The notes below the pieces were generated by a model. The model did no database searches. It worked only from the letters and a program-made list of their open reading frames with translations, and was not told the DNA's origin. The position numbers and the translations under genes are program-made. Below are positions 25,956 through 30,162 of a stretch of 30,162 nucleotides of DNA, piece after piece. The DNA is from Candidatus Pacearchaeota archaeon (lineage in GTDB: Archaea > Nanobdellota > Nanobdellia > Pacearchaeales > GW2011-AR1): contig VGKP01000011.1 of the NCBI GenBank assembly GCA_016866975.1, forward strand, positions 1 to 30,162, read 5' to 3'. How positions within the stretch are numbered: position 1 is the first letter of the stretch; every line of letters starts with the position of its first letter.

Positions 25956-28900
25956 TATCTTGCCAGCCTTAAGTCTTGGAAGTTTTTCTGGAGATACGTA
26001 GAATTGGTTTGTATATCATCAGGATAATTTATCTCCCATATTCTTATAGGTCCTTGCACTCCTTGATAAAATACAATGTCTCCGATATCAGTTCCAACTG
26101 CTTGCGGTCTTATCTGTTCTACAATTGGAGAGTCTTGAGTATGGACAAGCTTGAAATAAAGATTATCCTCTTTGTAAAGATAAAGTCTTGCAAGCTGGGA
26201 CCTTACAGTTTTCGAGCTTAAGTATAATAACGCGCCATCTTTCTCAAGACCTATTCTTTCCCCATTAGGTTGTAAATTGTTCATGAAAAACACTCCAGCA
26301 TCTATTCCAGAGCCAAAGTCATAGAATGTGTCATTATAGAAAGCATATCTTAATGGAAAAGATTCTTCTTTCTGTTGATCTTTTTGCCTATATACATATA
26401 TTCCTTGAGCAGGTCCTCTCAGATTGCCTTGCGGGTCCATCTCTATGCTTATTCCAATTATACCTGATCTGTCTGCAAGGATAGAAACAGTACTGGTCCC
26501 ATTAGTCTGGTTCTGAGTATAAAGTATGTCTCCGTCTAATGGTATTATGGATTGATATTTTTGCGCCCCAGGATAATAAAATACCTTGGTACCATTCTTT
26601 ACTTCTTTAAAATCTACAGGAGAACGAGTCATTGTTTGTATCCAGCTTCTTCTATCTCCACTAAGATCAGAACCTATGCTGGAGAAAGCAGTATACTTTC
26701 CAATGTCCGAGGAATCTATTAGGAAGTGGGTCGTCTTATGAGTATAGAGATAGCTCAATACTTCCATTTGTTCTTCTGGGGGAGCTGTCAATGCATATCT
26801 CCCCATAAGAAAGTTCCAGTAAGGTATCGCATTTCCTCCATCCAATACGGTAGCTCTGTCTCCTATGGATTGTAGCCAGTATCCATAATCCCACCAATGC
26901 CCGAATACAGCATTTTGAGGTGTATTGTCTCTCACCCACCCCATGGCTTTCTGCCATTGGAAAGTATACGAGTAAGGTATACTTCCCTGGGCTCCCCCTC
27001 TGCTTGCTTGATAGAAATTATAGGCTGCAAAAAGAGAAGACACAAGGATCATAATCATGATGATTATCGCTATTATTTTCCATCCTTTTTCCTTTACTCT
27101 GTAAGCCTTTATGCTAGTTATTACAAGATATGCAACTATTATTGCGGCAGGGATAGCCAGGACCATAATAAGTCTCACTGCTCCTCTAGCTGATATGATG
27201 CTAAGGAAGAAGAATGCAAATAACATCACTGTCCCAGGATTAAGTGTCTTAAATCTTTCTTCCTTTGATATACCTATCAAAGAAAAGGCACCAAAGCAGG
27301 CAATAAGCATTCCTGATAATATCATGAAGAAAGTAGAATCTTTGAAATAAAGTATCCAAATCATGTAAAATAAGAATGATGCTCCTGCTATTTGATAATA
27401 TAGCTTTGTTTTGGCAGTTTTTGCCATCCCTGGCCAGCCTAATACAAATACAAGTAGAAGAAATCCTAGACCATATAACAACAAACTCATTGAACTTGTT
27501 CCATTAAGCACACTGTCTCCCCTATACCTACTGAATATGAGTGCAAATAGGAATCCAAGGTAACCTCCAGTCATCACTAGTCTTTCCTTGATTGAGAAAG
27601 ATTTGACCATTGAGAAAAACAATAGTACTGATCCAAAAAAGAATAGCCAGAAGAACAAAGGTATTTGAGACCAGGAACTTGCTGTGCTTTGCGAGACTTT
27701 GAACCAATTAAATGTTAAGAATGTGAACAAACTGTAGAATGAGGGTCCAAAATTGCCTGCCCATTCATCAAAGAACGGTTGCCTGTTTTCAGCAACAGTT
27801 ACTCCAAGTCTGTCAGTAGTTGGTGTTACAAGTTGATTCACTACATTTTGTACTTTTCCTTGTATGAAATTAGGACCAAGAGCAAGAGATCCTGCAAGAA
27901 TACACACAAGAGCAATACCTATTGCTATGAGTTGATTTGGAAGATGCGACAGTTTCCCTCTCTCAATAAATTTCTTCAAGGGGGTCTCCCTTAACGCAAA
28001 ATCCACTACCATTACTACTAGTATAAAAGTGGCTATCCCAGTTGTTGTAGAAGTAAGTAAGCCCATGAAAGTATAACGTTTTGTGAAAGCTGCAGTAATG
28101 CCCATCGATCCCAGAAGCCATAGTCCATAGATGAATACCGAGTGTCTATGGGTTTGTCCTACAAGGAATAGAACTGTTGCAGCAAGGCCGATAGTAATAT
28201 AAATATAGATGTATCCTCCCCATACGAGGGCCATTGCAGCTGTAGTTATGGCAGACAGTATAGCATATAAATATCTGGGCAGATTTTCCTTAGCCTTCCA
28301 AGCAAGAAGGAAGAAATAGAATGCTAAGAAAAGGAATGGTAATGCACTCACTTCTTTTTCAGGTATTCCCGCCACTGTTCTAGGTAAGAGTACAGGTATA
28401 ACAGTCAGGATAAATGATGCAAATAAAGCGATTGCACTTGACGTGTTCTCACCAAGCTCATCTCTAAACATTTCTCTTACAAGGAAAAAGAAAGTTATTA
28501 TCCCGAGAGCAAACATAAATACAGGATATATTATCGCTGAATATTCAACAGATGTGCTTCCAAATGCACTAGCTAGTTTATGGAACCAAGCCATAAGAAT
28601 AGGGTGAAGGATTAATTCTTCTGAAGTATTGAACCCTATAGGAACATATCTCATAGGGTCAATCTCAAATAAGGATCCATTTGCCACTATATCCTTCATC
28701 CATCTTAAGAATAAGAATGGGTCTAGGTCTGGACCAAGGGTCCAAGTGTCTCTCGAGATGTCCCACAGTCCAGGTTTTCCAGTCCCAGGGTTGATGCTCA
28801 TTGGCAGGGTCCTTATCTTTATGGAAATCCACACAATCCATGCAAATAATGGATAAAACGCATACTTGTCTTTCCTATAATAGACGCATGCCGCAGATAA

Positions 28901-29134
28901 TGAAGCAAGTAGTGCAAGAAGAAACCAATCTCCTGGGTTCCATGCATAAGCTATAGATGCAAAATAAGCTATTGGGGCAAAGCCAATGTTTGGGTTAAAC
29001 AGGCCGCTTTTTACCCAAATACTAATGGATAGACTAATGGCAGCTATTGTCAGGAATGATGAGAACAATATATCTCTTTTAAGAAAATCTATAACTAGTT
29101 TCTTGCGCTCATGGATTAGTTTGTCTTCTTCCAT
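25955..29134 (-). CDS. aglB: Oligosaccharyltransferase STT3/AglB
   Basis: DLDPFLFLR, PEKE, TVAE (TIXE-like), WWDYG, DGG and DSSDIGK (DK-type motif), after a large TM region. Confidence 0.95.
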   Translation of the reverse strand: MEEDKLIHERKKLVIDFLKRDILFSSFLTIAAISLSISIWVKSGLFNPNIGFAPIAYFASIAYAWNPGDWFLLALLASLSAACVYYRKDKYAFYPLFAWIVWISIKIRTLPMSINPGTGKPGLWDISRDTWTLGPDLDPFLFLRWMKDIVANGSLFEIDPMRYVPIGFNTSEELILHPILMAWFHKLASAFGSTSVEYSAIIYPVFMFALGIITFFFLVREMFRDELGENTSSAIALFASFILTVIPVLLPRTVAGIPEKEVSALPFLFLAFYFFLLAWKAKENLPRYLYAILSAITTAAMALVWGGYIYIYITIGLAATVLFLVGQTHRHSVFIYGLWLLGSMGITAAFTKRYTFMGLLTSTTTGIATFILVVMVVDFALRETPLKKFIERGKLSHLPNQLIAIGIALVCILAGSLALGPNFIQGKVQNVVNQLVTPTTDRLGVTVAENRQPFFDEWAGNFGPSFYSLFTFLTFNWFKVSQSTASSWSQIPLFFWLFFFGSVLLFFSMVKSFSIKERLVMTGGYLGFLFALIFSRYRGDSVLNGTSSMSLLLYGLGFLLLVFVLGWPGMAKTAKTKLYYQIAGASFLFYMIWILYFKDSTFFMILSGMLIACFGAFSLIGISKEERFKTLNPGTVMLFAFFFLSIISARGAVRLIMVLAIPAAIIVAYLVITSIKAYRVKEKGWKIIAIIIMIMILVSSLFAAYNFYQASRGGAQGSIPYSYTFQWQKAMGWVRDNTPQNAVFGHWWDYGYWLQSIGDRATVLDGGNAIPYWNFLMGRYALTAPPEEQMEVLSYLYTHKTTHFLIDSSDIGKYTAFSSIGSDLSGDRRSWIQTMTRSPVDFKEVKNGTKVFYYPGAQKYQSIIPLDGDILYTQNQTNGTSTVSILADRSGIIGISIEMDPQGNLRGPAQGIYVYRQKDQQKEESFPLRYAFYNDTFYDFGSGIDAGVFFMNNLQPNGERIGLEKDGALLYLSSKTVRSQLARLYLYKEDNLYFKLVHTQDSPIVEQIRPQAVGTDIGDIVFYQGVQGPIRIWEINYPDDIQTNSTYLQKNFQDLRLAR

Positions 29135-29224
29135 CTTTTATCTTTAACAAAGCGCAGGAGGACTATTTAAAGTTTCACAATTTAGCTTAGAATAACTTTG
29201 GAGTTACCCAGACATTAACAGTCA

Positions 29225-30103
29225 TCATCTTGGGCAAATTTTTGGAACAAGATCCGGGGTTATCCATACTTCTATAAGGCCAGCTCCAAGAAGTACGACT
29301 ATCGAAACTAATACAAGGCTTAATGAATCCTCCAAGACTTCCCAGAATTTGTCAGTTCCCCACTCGTGCCTTATTACCGCTGTAGAGACTATACCTCCCG
29401 CGAGGGCGACAATGAAATATGCCGCTATCTCAGGTATCCCATGAATTAGGTAACGAAATAACCCACAGGGCATTGCAGAAATATTTGATCGAGCGAAAAT
29501 CCCTATCGCAGCTGCAATGACACTTGCGTTCCAAGCAAGGACAAATATAGCTCCTGCTCCAAATATTAATGAGAATATTAGAGTGAACATTAGGACAGAG
29601 AGATTATTCGAGAATATAGCTCTGAACCTATCTGTCTCGGACAGTACGTTGGCGTTTATTACTCCAGATTTCTTTATCCCATACTGTGTGACGCAATCGT
29701 TGAAGTTATTTGGCCTATTTATCATGCAGAAAGTCTCTATCTGTGCCTGGAAACTTGAGGCCGATGATAATACAATATACCAGAATGAGAACGCAACAAC
29801 AAATCCTACAAATAACCATAAGAAAGCGAATATGGCATTTTTATGCTCGCCAAGCAGTCTCTGAATAGTCTTATCTTTTGTGATCTTTTTCTCTTCATAT
29901 CTTATTGTGAAGTATACGAATGGCAAGGAGAACATAACTGTAAATGTCACTATTAGTATTCCAGAATATTTTGACAGCACCGGATCGGCAGAAAACATCC
30001 AATTTACAAGTAACAGGGAAATGCTGGCATAAAATGCACCAACAAAAAAAAGTTCCCATGGCCTTCTCTCTGCCTTCTTAGGACTCAACAACATCTCAAA
30101 CAT
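29225..30103 (-). CDS. SpoIIM/DUF95-family membrane protein
   Basis: IFSNNL.V..F.LIF..IFG.GA…L.WNA, HGIPEI.AY…..AGG, L..A..IEV.ITP. Confidence 0.75.
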   Translation of the reverse strand: MFEMLLSPKKAERRPWELFFVGAFYASISLLLVNWMFSADPVLSKYSGILIVTFTVMFSLPFVYFTIRYEEKKITKDKTIQRLLGEHKNAIFAFLWLFVGFVVAFSFWYIVLSSASSFQAQIETFCMINRPNNFNDCVTQYGIKKSGVINANVLSETDRFRAIFSNNLSVLMFTLIFSLIFGAGAIFVLAWNASVIAAAIGIFARSNISAMPCGLFRYLIHGIPEIAAYFIVALAGGIVSTAVIRHEWGTDKFWEVLEDSLSLVLVSIVVLLGAGLIEVWITPDLVPKICPR

Positions 30104-30162
30104 TCTTTTTTACTCCCATATTAAAAATAATCCAGACCTTATAATATTTTGCTATTTTAATT

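Noticed and set aside
1505-29864. Numerous 60-127 aa antisense or alternate-frame ORFs (e.g. 3935-4318, 4858-5187, 12094-12426, 29517-29864)
   Set aside because: All are nested in well-supported genes, with no motifs or promoter-like signals; treated as shadow ORFs.

Overview
AT-rich window from a small-genome archaeon, most plausibly DPANN (Pacearchaeota/Woesearchaeota-like). The assignment is inferred from AglB, AglH, an aIF5A-like gene and TATA-like boxes about 21 nt upstream of many starts. Most of the window is a protein N-glycosylation/surface-glycan locus: an aglB-aglH-flippase operon, a split Alg14/Alg13-like pair, six GT2s, two GT-C (ArnT/PMT-like) enzymes, a GT9, an AsnB-type amidotransferase and a methyltransferase. 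It also has a deoxysugar module: an in-frame RmlB-RmlA fusion, RmlC, an SDR and a His-type PLP 3-dehydratase-like enzyme. An accessory segment at about 7.7-12.8 kb carries QueC, a half-length eIF5A-like protein, a highly palindromic 110-nt element, a nucleoside deoxyribosyltransferase-family gene, and a GC-richer unit with a bacterial outer-membrane beta-barrel-like protein divergent from a TrmB regulator. I saw no rRNA, tRNA or CRISPR array. All family assignments come from motif recognition by eye; no database search was run.
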